Source: Adineta vaga
Lineage: Eukaryota > Animalia > Rotifera
Direction of reading: 5' to 3'
Assembly (NCBI GenBank): GCA_021613535.1
Contig: CP075493.1
Coordinates: 15,004,001 to 15,068,000, forward strand
Length of the DNA stretch: 64,000 bases
Shown: positions 1 to 13,165 of the stretch, in pieces
How positions within the stretch are numbered: the first letter of the stretch is position 1
How the letters are laid out: each line of letters opens with the position of its first letter
The notes under the pieces: generated by a model
Told to the model about the DNA's origin: nothing
The model's database searches: none
The model's input: the letters and a program-made list of their open reading frames with translations, nothing else
Translations under genes and position numbers: made by a program

Positions 1-851
1 TGGAGGTAACGTTCAAGGTTCTATCTTTCTTCGTATAACAATAAATCCTAGTGATGTGGCCAGGAAACAATCTACTCATGTTGTTAGAATAATATACGGT
101 TGTTCAGTAAACATAGAACTATCTACTCTGAGGTATAGATTAGAAAATCGTTTTCTTGCATAAACGTATATCAATAAACCATTAAATGACGTATTCTTCC
201 CTTTTCTTTTCCAAAACCCTTGTACTCATGCACTCACTATCTAATAAACTTCTCATCAGTTTTTTCTATCGAAAGATATCCTTCAAGCATTGTTGTAAAA
301 AACGTTTTAAGTGCAAGAGTTCATGAAAAAACGCTTTTTTTTATGGTGCACCTATATTCTCATATTTCATCTGCAAAACCTACGATGGTCACGTTGTGAA
401 CTACTTAAGTATTAGAGATTAATACTTATTATCCATCTTTAGATATCATTTTAATAAATAGGTCGACTATATCCAAGAACTAACTTTTCACCTTTATTCA
501 ATTTTTTGCCTCTCGTTATTTTCTTTTTCTACTTTTAAAATCAAGCTTTCGATTATTAATTTTTCTTTTTTCCGTTCATTTTATTTTTCATTCCTAAAAT
601 AAAAGGAGAGCCCTGAAGAGTGTTTGTAATTTTACATAAATATACGAAATCTTTTGGCGATGCAAACATCTCCATTTATTTTTAAGTAGATATCTATCAA
701 ACAGATATATCATTAGGCACAAAAGATCAATTGCGGAAAACCTAAAGTTGAAACTAGCAGATTAATTTCTATCATAGATATATAAGTTAATCTGTTGTCC
801 ATGGATTGCATATAATTGCTTTGAAGAGTTTTCTTTTTTTCTTTCTGCTCC

Positions 852-1113
852 TTAGACGAAGCGAGGACATCAACTATAGTATTCTACGTCGAACACACCA
901 TGCTAGGAAGCATGCGTTGGTTTGATCGACTGACAGAAAGAAAAAAAGGAGAAGACGACATTCTCGTGGGTTCCATATATTTTTTACGCGTTTTCTTTTC
1001 TTTCCTTTTTCTTCGTTAGACGAAGCGAGGACATCAACTATAGTATTTTACGTCGAACACATCATGGTAGGAAGCTTGCGTTGTTTTCTTTCGACTAACA
1101 GAAAGAGAAAAAG
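852..1113. repeat. Imperfect direct repeat, two ~95-nt copies, period 164 nt
   Basis: ttagacgaagcgaggacatcaactatagtatt(c/t)tacgtcgaacaca...ggaagc.tgcgttg starts at both 852 and 1016. Confidence 0.9.
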
Positions 1114-1748
1114 TAAAAAACGAAACATCTCTATAAAAAAGTTCTTGCAGCTTCGGCAGTATCAAGTTTTCAGTCGTTTTCTGCTACATAAAATGCATTG
1201 TGATAAGAATATTATTCCACTAGATGGCGTATCAAAACCATATCGATGTCAATGATGATAAGTTTTTTTTACGCTCCTCCTTTATCCTCTAGAGAAAAAA
1301 GTTTACAAATTAGAATTGTCGTAAGATAGAGGCTTTTGCAAAAACTGTCCGTTTCTAAAAATATCAATCAAGATATCGATAGATAATGGAAAAGCTAAGT
1401 TCCTTGTGCTTTACTATTTCGAGATACATAAATTTATTGAGGTATATCAGAAAAATCTTTCCAACAAACGTTATTTTGTCGTTACAGAATACTTGACGAA
1501 CGAGAATCACCATATACCATAGTGACTTTCATAAGGAAATAGCAGTTAAGTGCAAAGATCGGGTATTAATTTGAGTTCATATAAATGATTACGAAGAACA
1601 CTTTAATCTACAACAATCACTATTGAATGTATTTTTGTTATTTTTTTTCAAATAAAAAATGATGAACATGAAAATATTAAAAACTGTTATGTAACAGTGA
1701 AGTAGCATGAACGTTTTTTTTAGAGATGTTTCGTTTTTTACTTTTTCT
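1106..1748. mobile_element. Putative MITE / non-autonomous TIR element (~640 bp)
   Basis: ~50-nt imperfect inverted repeats: agaaaaagtaaaaaacgaaacatctcta... at 1106 and ...tagagatgtttcgttttttactttttct ending 1748. No credible internal coding sequence and no clear TSD. Confidence 0.55.
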
Positions 1749-2608
1749 ATTGACGATTCTGTTTTTGAGAAAATATTTCTGCTACAAAACTTACGGTTTA
1801 AACTTAGTTCGTTCTAACGAAAAAAACTGACTGATTTGTCAGTTGATCAAGATTTTCTCGTAGACATAGGAGATCGTCGACAATTTCTCGGTCGAGTATT
1901 ACTCTATCGTAGGTTACACGAGAGGGCCTCTATAATTAGCAGAAATTCAGTTGACTGTTACTTGGTTGGTAGGAGGATGATTAACGAGAAATATAGCTAT
2001 GATAGAGAAATATTGAAAATAGAATAATTGTCAGACTTTTACCGCCTCCCTTCAAGTGAAAAAAGTTTTGCGTCAATTGGGTTATTTTATTACTCGCAAT
2101 TGTGATATAATTATCGCGTAAAGAACTGAACAAGTGTTTATAGAATTTCTTCATTCATCTTTATATCATGAATACTGACTCTTTTGCTCTGGCATATAGT
2201 ATTTAGGAAAAAAAGAAAACCTGTGATCCAATTCCACGGATACACATACATAATAGAAAAGGATCTCCATAATAAGTGTGAAGTCGGGGATACGTATGTG
2301 TCTTGGTAACGACACATATCCACCCACGTCCTCACAGGTTCCCCACATTTCCTCTGAACTATATACATTCGCTTACCTTCCATAGACATGATTATTTTTC
2401 TAAAACTTGACAATTAAACATCGGTCGACAAAATAGTCTTTCGAGAAAAGTTGTCAATAAACAGTATCACTGCCATTCTCGTAAATGGAATTTCGCCGAT
2501 TTGTTCTTATTAATTCGAGCAATGTTAAGCGCTTTGCAGATCTATAATCGATGATGATTGTATTGCCAGATTAATACTTGTAGATTGTCACCTTCGTTAC
2601 CTCACACC

Positions 2609-4071
2609 ATGTTCCATTATTTTTCAAAAGAAGCACCCGACGTTGATCCTAAACAGCACGTGTGCAGTCGCACAGAGAATGGTATGATTCGAGTATCCCA
2701 GCGCTTTAATGGTTTCAGCCGATTGGGTGAAGTTCTTCACTTGCAAGGACCGTACATCTCTCTCGAACAACTGAACGGGGCTGTTGCTCGTCTGCAGCGT
2801 CGCCATCCTGTCCTACGAAGTCGTCTTCAAGCTCACCCGACCATTCGCGATTGGTTCGTGCTTGAAGAAGACGAAATGCTTCGGCTGCCTGTGGAAGAAC
2901 TAGCGCGCAAGCGTGAGGAACGTGATAGTTTTTGGCTTCAGGAATGGCCCAAAAGAGAAAAGGAGCCGATCAACATCGGTGAACCGTTGGCTAAACTGTG
3001 GCTGTTGCAGGTAAGAGTCTGACCACGCTAAATTGGAGGAAAGGCGTTATGTAATGCTTGCTTTAGGATCCGGACGATAAAGAGGACGTGAATGGATTTC
3101 GCGAGGTGGTAATCATGTGCGAACATGCCATTTGTGATGCCCAGTGTTTGAGTAACGCTGCTCACGAACTTCTGCAGATTCTCTCAGACGAGACTGGACA
3201 TGCATGCGAGCAACCGTTGCCTTGGTCGGCGACGATAGAGGATGCTATTCGAAACAGTCTATCGGCCGTGAACCGAGCGTTCGTGGTGAGTCGATTCATT
3301 TTCTCTGCAATCTACACACATATGAAGAACAGATTACCGATTGCAAGGGTACCCTTTGACGAAGTCAACTTTGATATCAATGAGATAGATAAATATTGTC
3401 ATTCGGAAATCGTTTACGGCGTGTTGAACAAAGAAATGACGGCCAAGTTACTCGCTAGATGTCGTCGGGAGAGAGTAACGGTGACATCCGCTGTGATCAG
3501 CGCTGTCTTATCGGCAACAGCTAGAGTGGTACCAGTTAAAGATGGTCAAGATACGATCATGAATATTGGGTTGAGCGCCGATGCTCGACGGCGTTACGTG
3601 CCGCCAATTCCTAGTCACGATATGGGCTACCACGCTTCTAACATTGAACCATTTGGTCTACGTGTGAGCGCTGCGCCTAAGACGCCCGAAGATTTATGGC
3701 AGTTGGCACAGACCTATGCTCAACATATGAATGCGTGCGTCAACGCCGGTCAAATATTCGCGGTTGGTTTGATCGCAGGGAAGATCGTCGGAAAGTTGAT
3801 GGGTCCAATCAATATGGCTTATATACCAACATCTTCCATGTCCAGTTGGGGCGTGCTGCCATTCGTTGAACAGTATGGTCCGTGGCAGCTCACCGCCATG
3901 ACTCCATTCTTAAATGTTCGTCGATGGGCAGCACCCTTCATTGTTATCCAGACGGTGAATGGTGTTCTGACGATGATGTTCAGCGGTGCCTCTCCTATCA
4001 TTCCTGCGAGCGTATTAATCGCTTTGCGCGATCGATGTATGGACGCATTACAGCAAATGATAGTCAACTAG
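2609..4071 (+). CDS. CoA-dependent acyltransferase of the condensation-domain / alcohol acetyltransferase / PapA5-like superfamily (2 exons)
   Basis: Exons 2609-3010 and 3067-4071 join in frame across a 56-nt phase-0 GT-AG intron. Motifs LQRRHPVLR, HxxxD (EHAICDA), RRERVTVTSA, ADARRR and SSWG. GC about 50% in sampled lines. Confidence 0.85.
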
Positions 4072-4853
4072 ATTACCTTATCGGTATTGTTAGGGCGACA
4101 CATATCACCCAACATATATCTCTTTCTCGTTTATACATATACATATACTGCTTTATACAGTTGGTTAGAGTTAGAGAGATAAATAAACGAACGGACGAAG
4201 ATCGTCCACATCACCATCACAACTATCTCGCACAATTGGCGACCCTGGACAAAAAAGGAAAAACAAACAAAGAAACACACTCTTATCGATATGCATTTTG
4301 GTTGAATACATTAACTTTAGTTTATGTGAATTATATTTTCTTATAATATTAATTAATTTTTATCATGACAGAGCCTCAATAATAAAACGAGACTCGAATT
4401 GTTTTTCCAACAAATTTTTTAAGAAAAAACGATTAAGGGCAATTATGTAAGGAACCTCTATAAGAGATATTCGATCACCCTGTTGAAACAGAAATCAAAC
4501 TTATTAAATTTCAATCATTCTATTTTCAAACACGACCATAGGGACTAGATCATTTGTGAAGAAAAATCGGAAACGATCGTTGCATATTCGGTAATGAATA
4601 CCCATAAAATATCTCATTGATTTATGTCGTATGTTTTAATCAAATATCTGTATTTAACATGGAACTTGACTTTTTTAGTGTTTCTTGTTTCCTAACCAAG
4701 AGCAAAATAGACCTTTCATACAGTCTAGATCATAAAATTTAAATCAAACTATCATCTCTACTATGACTATTGATACTTTTATTAATTTTCTAAAGAACAA
4801 AAATCAATAATATACATTCTACAATCTAATTGATATCAGCTAGTTATTCTATA

Positions 4854-5498
4854 TTATACAATTATTTGAACATTTGTTAATCGATGATCATCAGCTTCTG
4901 TATCTGCCGTACGATCAATATGTAAATCATTGCGTGATCTAAGATGATCTGATCTCCATATAATTCGACTGGTAAAGAAAAACAATTAAGAAACATGAAT
5001 ATTCAATTCTATATACTTACCGATAGTAAAACCAAATCTAAACAAAGAAAAAAGATAAATAAATTGATATTACAAAATACAAATCTATTACTCTAACTTG
5101 TCGTGGAGTTAATCCAAGTATACGACCGAGTTGAATACTTTCTCGACGTGTTAAATATCTTAATACATATTTATAAACAAATTAAAGAAAAAAAACATTT
5201 TTTTCTTACTTGTAAGTACTAAATTCATTTTCTAGTACCGAAAATTGATAATAACTATGATCTATTCCAAAATATCGACGTTCCAGATTCGTTTCTATAA
5301 AATTTTTCGTGTATAATTTTTTTTCTCTCAATTATTTTACAAATAAATACCTTGACTTTTTATTAATTGTTCGGTATTGTCGAGCATTGAATTTGTTGTT
5401 AATTGGAGATTGCATATACTGTTCTCTGTTTCGTCCATTTCTTGATCGTCGTTCGTCGTTAATGATGAATTGGAATCGCTATCCATTGTCTTTGGCAT
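4854..5498 (-). CDS. Divergent ANTP-class-like homeobox protein (5 exons, not in ORF track)
   Basis: Exons 5498-5351, 5294-5210, 5158-5092, 5037-5021 and 4968-4854 splice in frame via GT-AG introns to give ...YYQFSVLENEFSTYKYLTRRESIQLGRILGLTPRQVRIWFYYRRIIWRS... One intron lies at the common VK|IWF position. Confidence 0.85.
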
Positions 5499-6559
5499 AG
5501 AAAGTTACGCGAAATAATTCTAATGGAATAGTTTATTGATTCATGTTTGATTCAATGAATGGCCTGATACATGCTATTGAACGGATATTTATATATGAAT
5601 CTAGACGTTCTGATTTTAAGGACATGACCTATGTCGTCAGATTCGTTGACCCTATGACCGAGAGTTGCTATCTACTTATTCCGACCATTTCGCCTTTCTC
5701 GCTTATAGATTCGCATTTTAGACGAAACATCGACGCATCCTGAGATAATACGTCGTGATGATTGAATGTTCAAGCAAGAATACAACATGCGCTCATCGCC
5801 ATTTTTCTTTATTGATTATGATTCTTTGTAACATCTCCTTCGATCTTAGCAAATGAATCACTACGTTTTTCACGATTGTCATGTTTTCATTTCGCTCGGC
5901 AATACAATAGAAAACAAAATTAATTGGTCATTTACGTTGACCTCATAACTGATAGTTACGACCTACTCTTTTTTCCTCAGATGGTGATTAAGCACACGAT
6001 GTTGAGTATGGGATTGCTTAATGAAGATCTATACTCACAATCATCTAACAACGTTTACATCCATTTTTTGTACACACACTATCGTTTCAGGAATAATTAT
6101 TATGTACAGTGAACTACTATAACAAAAGTTTATAAATAATCGATTTCAATACTACCATTGATACCTTTTATAATAGTAATAAGTTTTTTATGATAAACAG
6201 CTATAGTTTTCGTCGAATCATAAATAATGCTTGAAGATAATAAACAAATGCAAGAATAAAGTTATTTTGAGAGAAATATAATGACGCAAGATTTTCGAAT
6301 CAAAATGCAATATAAATATGTTGTCGTGGTAAAAATCGTTCTTCATTATATAATGCTCATTAAAAATCACCTAAATCTCGATATATCTTTGTTAAATGAC
6401 CCGATACTCTAGCAATATGCCTATGACCATTTTCACCGAATAGTTTCCTTTTTAAATTAAGTGAACAATAAAAATAATTTAAAGCATTTCGAATATCATT
6501 GTTGATGGTGTGAGTGGGTGTATCTATTCTTATTTCATACCCATACCCATTTCTGAGAA

Positions 6560-6885
6560 TTTCTTCAAAATATATAAATTGCATTACTATATTGAAATGA
6601 TTGTACATATTGCAAGATATTTTCCGATAATTTTTCATCAATAATAAGAAATATTCTTTCGTGTTTTATTTTCTCCATGTATATTGTAAACAATTATCTA
6701 ATACATTAAAAACATATACATCACTTGTAATGTCATGTCAGCCATTGAGTGTTATTTGTCCATCAGAATTTTCTTCTGCATTAAATATAGTATGTGTAAA
6801 CCATCCTTTATGATGAAAAGATTCTTCTGTTCGAAAAGCAAGGAATTCATCTTCACATTTTTCTCGCCATTCGTTCTTAGTCATA
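6560..6885 (-). pseudogene. Degenerate coding fragment
   Basis: MTKNEWREKCEDEFLAF... and RIFLIIDEKLSENILQYVQSFQYSNAIYIF*, interrupted by stops and frameshifts. From recollection only, it resembles the N-terminal alpha/beta module of bdelloid TPR/ART proteins. Confidence 0.3.
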
Positions 6886-7080
6886 TATTTGCTAAAATAT
6901 TAATATAAAACATAAAATAATCGAAGTAGTTAAAACACGAGACTGAACAAAATATAATATTCATATAATATTTTTCCTGTTTCAGTGATTTTATTCATGT
7001 GAAAATGGATTCTGAGATGTATTCTTTCGGAAAATTATGTTGTTCAATTTTCAGTTAAATAAAACATTATATTATTTTTT

Positions 7081-7988
7081 TCAACCAAGTTTAGAACGAA
7101 ATTCTGCCATTGAAAAATTAGGATCTATTTTGCGACCTTTGGGGACACCCGCTTCCTTATGTCCCAATACACGAGAAGTTGGTACACCATAAGCTTTTTG
7201 TAAAGCTTTAACACCTTTGATATAACTTTGATATTGAACTTCTGGCCAATATGCATGTCCACTATCGGTAGCTGGTAAACCTTTTCCTTCAGCTTCAATA
7301 CCAATAGCGTTGCTATTGCCATAAATAGAATCATCTACAGTACTTCCAGCATGATAACAACGACCTGCTGCAATAACAAACCATGTTCCACTACGACCTA
7401 ATCCAAGTTGTGCAAGTGGACCAGAAAGACTTGATGTTCCATCTCGTACAACATTTAACGAAGGATAATCACCTGTTGCTGGTCCTGCTGTATGATGTAC
7501 TACAATTCCTTTGACTGAACTCATTACACCATGACCACGAGTTTTCCAACCAGAAACTTCGACAACATTGAGACCAGCACCGCGAAGTATATCAGCCAAG
7601 CCTGTAAGCATTGTGTTCGTTGGTTTACTACTACCGCCACCAGTTGAAGTGCTTCCTCCTCCTCCTTTACAACATTGAATATTAGCAGCACCAGAACAAA
7701 TACCTGCATGAGGTGTACCACCACTAGCTCTACAGGCTGCTGCATCCTTGCATGTTTTACTAGGAAAAAATAAAACAATATTTCATTTGGAAAGAAGTGA
7801 TTTTACCAAGTACAACATTGAATGTTCGCAGCACCAGGACAAAGATTTGCTTGAGTTGTACCACCCTTACTAGTACAAACACTTCTATCAATGCAAGCAT
7901 TTGAAGACCAACATCCACTAACACTAGTTGCTCGCAAATAAACAATTGCGAGACAAACAATCATAGGCAAACCAGTCATTTTCAACAT
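7081..7988 (-). CDS. Secreted N-acetylmuramoyl-L-alanine amidase (Amidase_2/PGRP fold) with two N-terminal Cys-rich repeats
   Basis: Signal peptide; 47-nt intron 7806-7760 joins the exons in frame. Two repeats ending C(P/S)GAANIQCC, a G/S linker, then LADILRGAGLNVVEVSGWKTRGHG, VVHHTAG, CYHAG, IGIEAE and LGHKE..KIDP (Zn/catalytic residues). Confidence 0.9.
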
Positions 7989-8016
7989 TTTTCTAATTAC
8001 TGAATATCAATTGTTT

Positions 8017-8043
8017 TATATGTATATATATATATATATATAT
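8017..8043. repeat. (TA)n microsatellite
   Basis: TA run just upstream of the amidase start codon. Confidence 0.8.
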
Positions 8044-8310
8044 TTCAATAAAAATAACAAAGGATTAGATTTTATTCGTGCTTCGTTAATTGTTTCGTCA
8101 AAAGAAGATTAGTCAATAGAAAAATATTTTTTTGTATTTTCAATTATCAATAGAATGAAATCGAATAATACGTCTCATACAAAAGCTTGATTTTATAGCT
8201 TTAGTATTTTAAAAGTGAAAAGTAGAGTAATATCATCAGATTGAAAGTGTAAAGCAATATCCACACTCTCATCATTTCAGTTCAGTTATTTAAAAAAAAT
8301 CATCACTCTG

Positions 8311-10182
8311 TTACTTTTTCAGTACAAATTCATCAGCAATTGTATCATCACTATCATGATAATAAGTGAATTTCAATTGAGTACGATTCGCCCACAATTG
8401 TGTATAACCATATTCTTCATCATGATAAATACTCCATTCAGCACCGCTATATGGATATGAAACTAATTCTTGTCCTGCCATACCAATTAAAATTTGTATG
8501 ATACCATCATCAACACATATATGTTGATACATAGGACACGTTCGTTCATAAGAATGTATATGAGCATAAAGATTAATATCCACATGATATTTATAAAATA
8601 ATGGCTCTAAATATAATTGTAACATAAATATAATAAAATAAGGTTTTGAAATGATTTGTGATGAATACATGGGACGATGTGAAGTAGTAATAAGCCATGG
8701 TGTACGAGAACGATTTACTGATTGAAGATCTTGTTCTAACCAGATATATTGTGATGAACCACGACGAAAATCATGTTCATTCGAAAATACAACAAAATGA
8801 ATGGGACCAACATCATAACTGTACCAAAATAGACCATTACCATTGGATGGAGAATGAAAACGACGTACCATAGGAACAGCACATTCACCACCAGAATCAG
8901 TACCATAATCACCCCTTCAAATGAGAAAAAAAAGAAACAATAAAACTATTGATGATACAACTTATGCTGACCATTTGGGACGAAATCCTCCAGGACCTAG
9001 TGCTCCACTTGGATCTTTTTCACCACCCGTGACATGATCATATTCATGATTTCCAATACTAACCATATATGGTACGTGTGATGCAATTGATTCTATATGA
9101 GTCATAAATGAATCCCATAATACGCCAATACCCATTGCATAACTAATATCACCAATATGTAATACCGATGTAATATTGTTCGACATTACTCGTGCTCGTA
9201 CACGATCCATTGTTGATTGAGCACCTGTTGCGAAGGGTGACAATCCCATATCACCGTAAGCAATAAGATTTACTTCGGAATCTCCATTTGCTGGGCGATT
9301 GGTAAAGGAATATACGGACGACCAGCCATTTTCATCAGTACCAACACGATAAAAATACGTCATGGATGGATGGAGCTCGTTGAGTAAAATAGTATGAATA
9401 AAACCAGGATCGATAAAACTTTGTGGACTCCAGACTGTAGCTTTACCTTCACACATATCTGATGCTGTATAAGTGATCGTTGTACCATTGATTTCCCATT
9501 CTAATGAGGATGGATTCAATCCATATTGACATCGAGGTATGTGAACATTTGAATTAGTAACAAATGAAACAAATATTTGATCGATTCGATCACCGTATGC
9601 TAAATGAATCTGTGTCGGTTCATTATAATTAGCAGGTTGAACAACAGGTGATTTAGCAACAAATGAATAATTTCCAGAACAATTCTTATCACGTGTATAA
9701 TAACGAAATTCAAGTGGTCGACGTAAATTAATCATTTCCCATGATACACTACTCTGGTTTTGTACATATGCAAATCCAACATAATCACAAAAACCTAATT
9801 AAAACAAAAATAATATAACGAAGAATTTAATTTAATTTTAATGAATAAACTATTTACCAGTAAGAATTGCAGTTTCGGCAAAATAGATACCGACGAAATC
9901 ATCATGACATGTATTTGATATTGGTGTCCAAGTCACTTCAATTGATTCCAAACTAACATACAATGTAGTTGAAACATTCAAATTAGTAATAGCTACAGTT
10001 GAAATTTTATTCGGTGATGTAGAAATACCTATACTTCGATCACAAGGATATGAATCATCAATGACAGCATGACGGTTTTTAAAAGCCCAATTAATATTCG
10101 AATGATGTCGATTGCTACCATCAATAACAAAAACACAAGAAAATAGTAGAAAGGCAGCGCACACCTTTCTATAGAACACCAT
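8311..10182 (-). CDS. Secreted purple acid phosphatase (plant/protist PAP2/PAP9-like type; 3 exons)
   Basis: Exons 10182-9858, 9794-8972 and 8914-8311. Signal peptide, FN3-like N-domain (PTQIHLA, YFYRVG), metal motifs GDMG, GDISYA, GNHE, HRPMY and AHIHSYER, plus DSGGECAVP. Confidence 0.9.
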
Positions 10183-11240
10183 TGTGATATCTAACTTGCA
10201 CTTATCAATGTATGATATAAACATGTAAATAACACGTCGATGATAAATCTTTCCAACACATATAAGATATGTGAAGAGAATATTCATTTTTCATTAGTTT
10301 TATTTCTTACATATCAGTCGACATGCCAGAGTTCTATCAATTATTTCGTAAACAATTTTTTATTAACACTGAGGCTATAGGGAAAATGGATCTACATCTT
10401 CATTCGTACATCCTTACCCTTTTATCATCCGTTGTTTTTGAGGATGTGTTCTCTTTTTTATACTCATCCGTACTGTCACTAACATCCTAGAACAATAAAT
10501 CTTTTTTGTTTGCCATCTATCACTGTTCTTTAAAGTTTATTTTATGATCATCTATTCCGTTCGTAAATCTTATAAATAAAACGATGATCATATACGAATT
10601 TCATTATTTAAATGGTTGTTTTTTTTCTTTGTGCATACAATTCATGAATTTACGATCTTGATCTTGTATATTGTATAAGTAGCTTTTATCATTCCTTATA
10701 CGAACATTTACGATCAAAATTATTTGACCTAAAAATATATAATAAAAAAGGGCAAACACAGATATAAAAGTTCAATCTTGAAATAAGTATGTCATATGTA
10801 AATGACAATCAATAGATGATATATTAAGAACTTTGAAGAATACAAAATATTTTTCTTCAACTTTTCGCACATTCGATGTTTAGTAAGCATGTGAAACATG
10901 TATGCTAAAACACTGACATCTAATTAATTATCACAAATATAGTAGATAAATTCTTTAAAACATCGTGCTAAACAAGTTTCATGAGGATTATTGTTTAAGT
11001 CAATTTTCTTTTCTGTGTTCTTATAATAAAATAAAGAAACATATTATTTAAGACTGCTTATGAATAATATAACTCTAGTTCGCATTTATTCACTTACTTT
11101 TGACCTTAACCTCAATGGGGATCATATTCAAGTACGTTTATATATTTCATTGTTTTCTAATGTTTTATAGACTATAAAAGCCTTCTTATTTGCTGCGTAT
11201 ATTTAGTTTGATTTTTTTACAACTAGATAAAACGAAACAC

Positions 11241-12746
11241 ATGAGTTTGCAAGTGAATTCTTGGACGGAATGGAGTCCTCTCGAAACAGTTGTAGTTGGT
11301 TCAGTAATTGGAGCATGCTATGCAGATGAAAGTCCTTCTTATCCATGGCACCATGTCGAAGATGAGTTTGCTGGTCTGATAGAGTCGTTTTCTGGACCGC
11401 GACCTCGTTCACGTGTTGAAGCAGCACAAGCACAATTGGATAATCTTGCAAATATCATTCGTGGAGAATGCATTCAAGTTCATACAATGAAAGAATTCGA
11501 AAAAGATATTGGACAAGATTTGGATCGATATCGTTCGGTTGTCGTGGAAAATTCAAATGAAAAGAATCAAGGCGCAATAACTACAATACAAAAGGAAACA
11601 ATTGAAGTATGGCGCGCACCCAGTGATGGAGTTCGTTTTGATCTGGATATTCGTACACCAAATTTTACATCAAAATATCAATTTGGTCTTGCTTGTCCAC
11701 GAGATTTAATTATTACTTTAGGTAATACTGTTGTCGAAGCACCAACTTGTTTCGATTCACGATACTTCGAAACAGAATTTTATAAACCACTTTTATATTC
11801 TTTATGGGCAAAAGATTCAAATATGAAATGGCTTCAACCACCAAAACCTACATGTTCTCGAGAACGTATGTTTGATTCAATAGATTATTGGGATAAATCA
11901 GTTGCTAGCAAACGTCCATCATTTGCTGAACGATATTATAAAACGAATTTAAATGAATCAGAAATTGCTTTTGATGTTGCTGAAATGATGCGCATGGGTA
12001 AAGATGTTTTTTACAAGAAGAGTACTACAAGTACAATCAAAGGTTTGGATTGGCTTCGTCGAACTTTTCCTCATCTTCGTTTTCATATGGTGCATTTTCC
12101 CGACGATGATAGTCCTCATATTGATGTTTCTCTTATACCTCTTCGTCCACCAACATCTGGATCGGAAGGTCTTGTTCTCATCAATCAAGCATATCCACCA
12201 TTGGCTTCGGAAATAAAACTATTTACGGACAATGAATGGCGTCCTGTGTGGTGTCCTGAACCCGCCGCGGAGAAACTACCGATTACAGCCATTTGTTCGT
12301 CAAGTCTCAACATGAACTTATTATCATTAAATGAAAAATGTGTTGTTATTGAAGAATGTGAAGTGCCACTCTATAAATTACTGACTGATGATTTAGGTTA
12401 TGATGTTATCACATGCCCTTTGCGTAAACTCAATGAGTTTGGTGGCGGTGTTCATTGCGGTAGGTTCTTTATTCTCTCTCTCTCTCATTCCATATGTGTT
12501 AAAGCAGGAAACAGATACTCAACAAGATGATCGAATCTAATGTATTAATTCTAGCGAAAACCAGACGAAACAAGTTATCTAGTTAATTGTGTTTTTTGTT
12601 CTATTCGTATAGTGACTTGGGATATCCAACGACGTGATTCATGTCAAGATTATTTTCCTAATCAAAATTATGAAGAAGAATGTCGAATTGATTATACAAC
12701 TTTTAATAATTCTGAACGATATCGTAATACAATAAAACATTCATGA
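11241..12746 (+). CDS. Amidinotransferase (glycine amidinotransferase / AGAT-like)
   Basis: Motifs VNSWTEWSPLETVVVG, CPRD, FDVAE and PHID. Exon 11241-12459 plus exon 12613-12746 restores the catalytic GGGVHCVTWDI motif. Confidence 0.9.
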
Positions 12747-13165
12747 ATCAAAGTCATTTGCGCTGGTTGATTCTTCTCCAATGATTATAAAACTAAATAA
12801 CTACATTGAATAATCTATTTATTTTTTCGATAACAACATTCATAAATTATTATTCATATAGAAATATCCAAATAAAAATATAGCTATAGAATGTGAATTT
12901 TGAATTGTTTTATTCTATCATCGCCATTGGAGTGATGCTTTGCACATGAAAGTTATCACATGCGACTCAAACGCTTGAAATGTTTCATAATGAAAGGACA
13001 CGAAGGAGAAAAAATACTTTTTACCTGTTAAAAGGTCTTTTCATGGTTTCTTACTTGGCTGACTCACGCACGGATATATACCATTCTTTTTTTCTCGTAA
13101 ACTGGGAAAAAGTGTGAACACAGTACAAGACAGACAAACGAAGTATAAATCATTTATTATTCAGC

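Noticed and set aside
852-1113. Possible CRISPR-like repeat-spacer array
   Set aside because: Only two long (~95 nt) copies, no cas genes, eukaryotic context.
3819-4346. Overlapping ORFs 3819-4067(-) and 3882-4346(+)
   Set aside because: Shadow frames of the GC-rich acyltransferase with no recognisable motifs.
2609-12746. Bacterial contamination or operon
   Set aside because: Each enzyme gene has a spliceosomal GT-AG intron and is interleaved with metazoan genes in mixed orientation.
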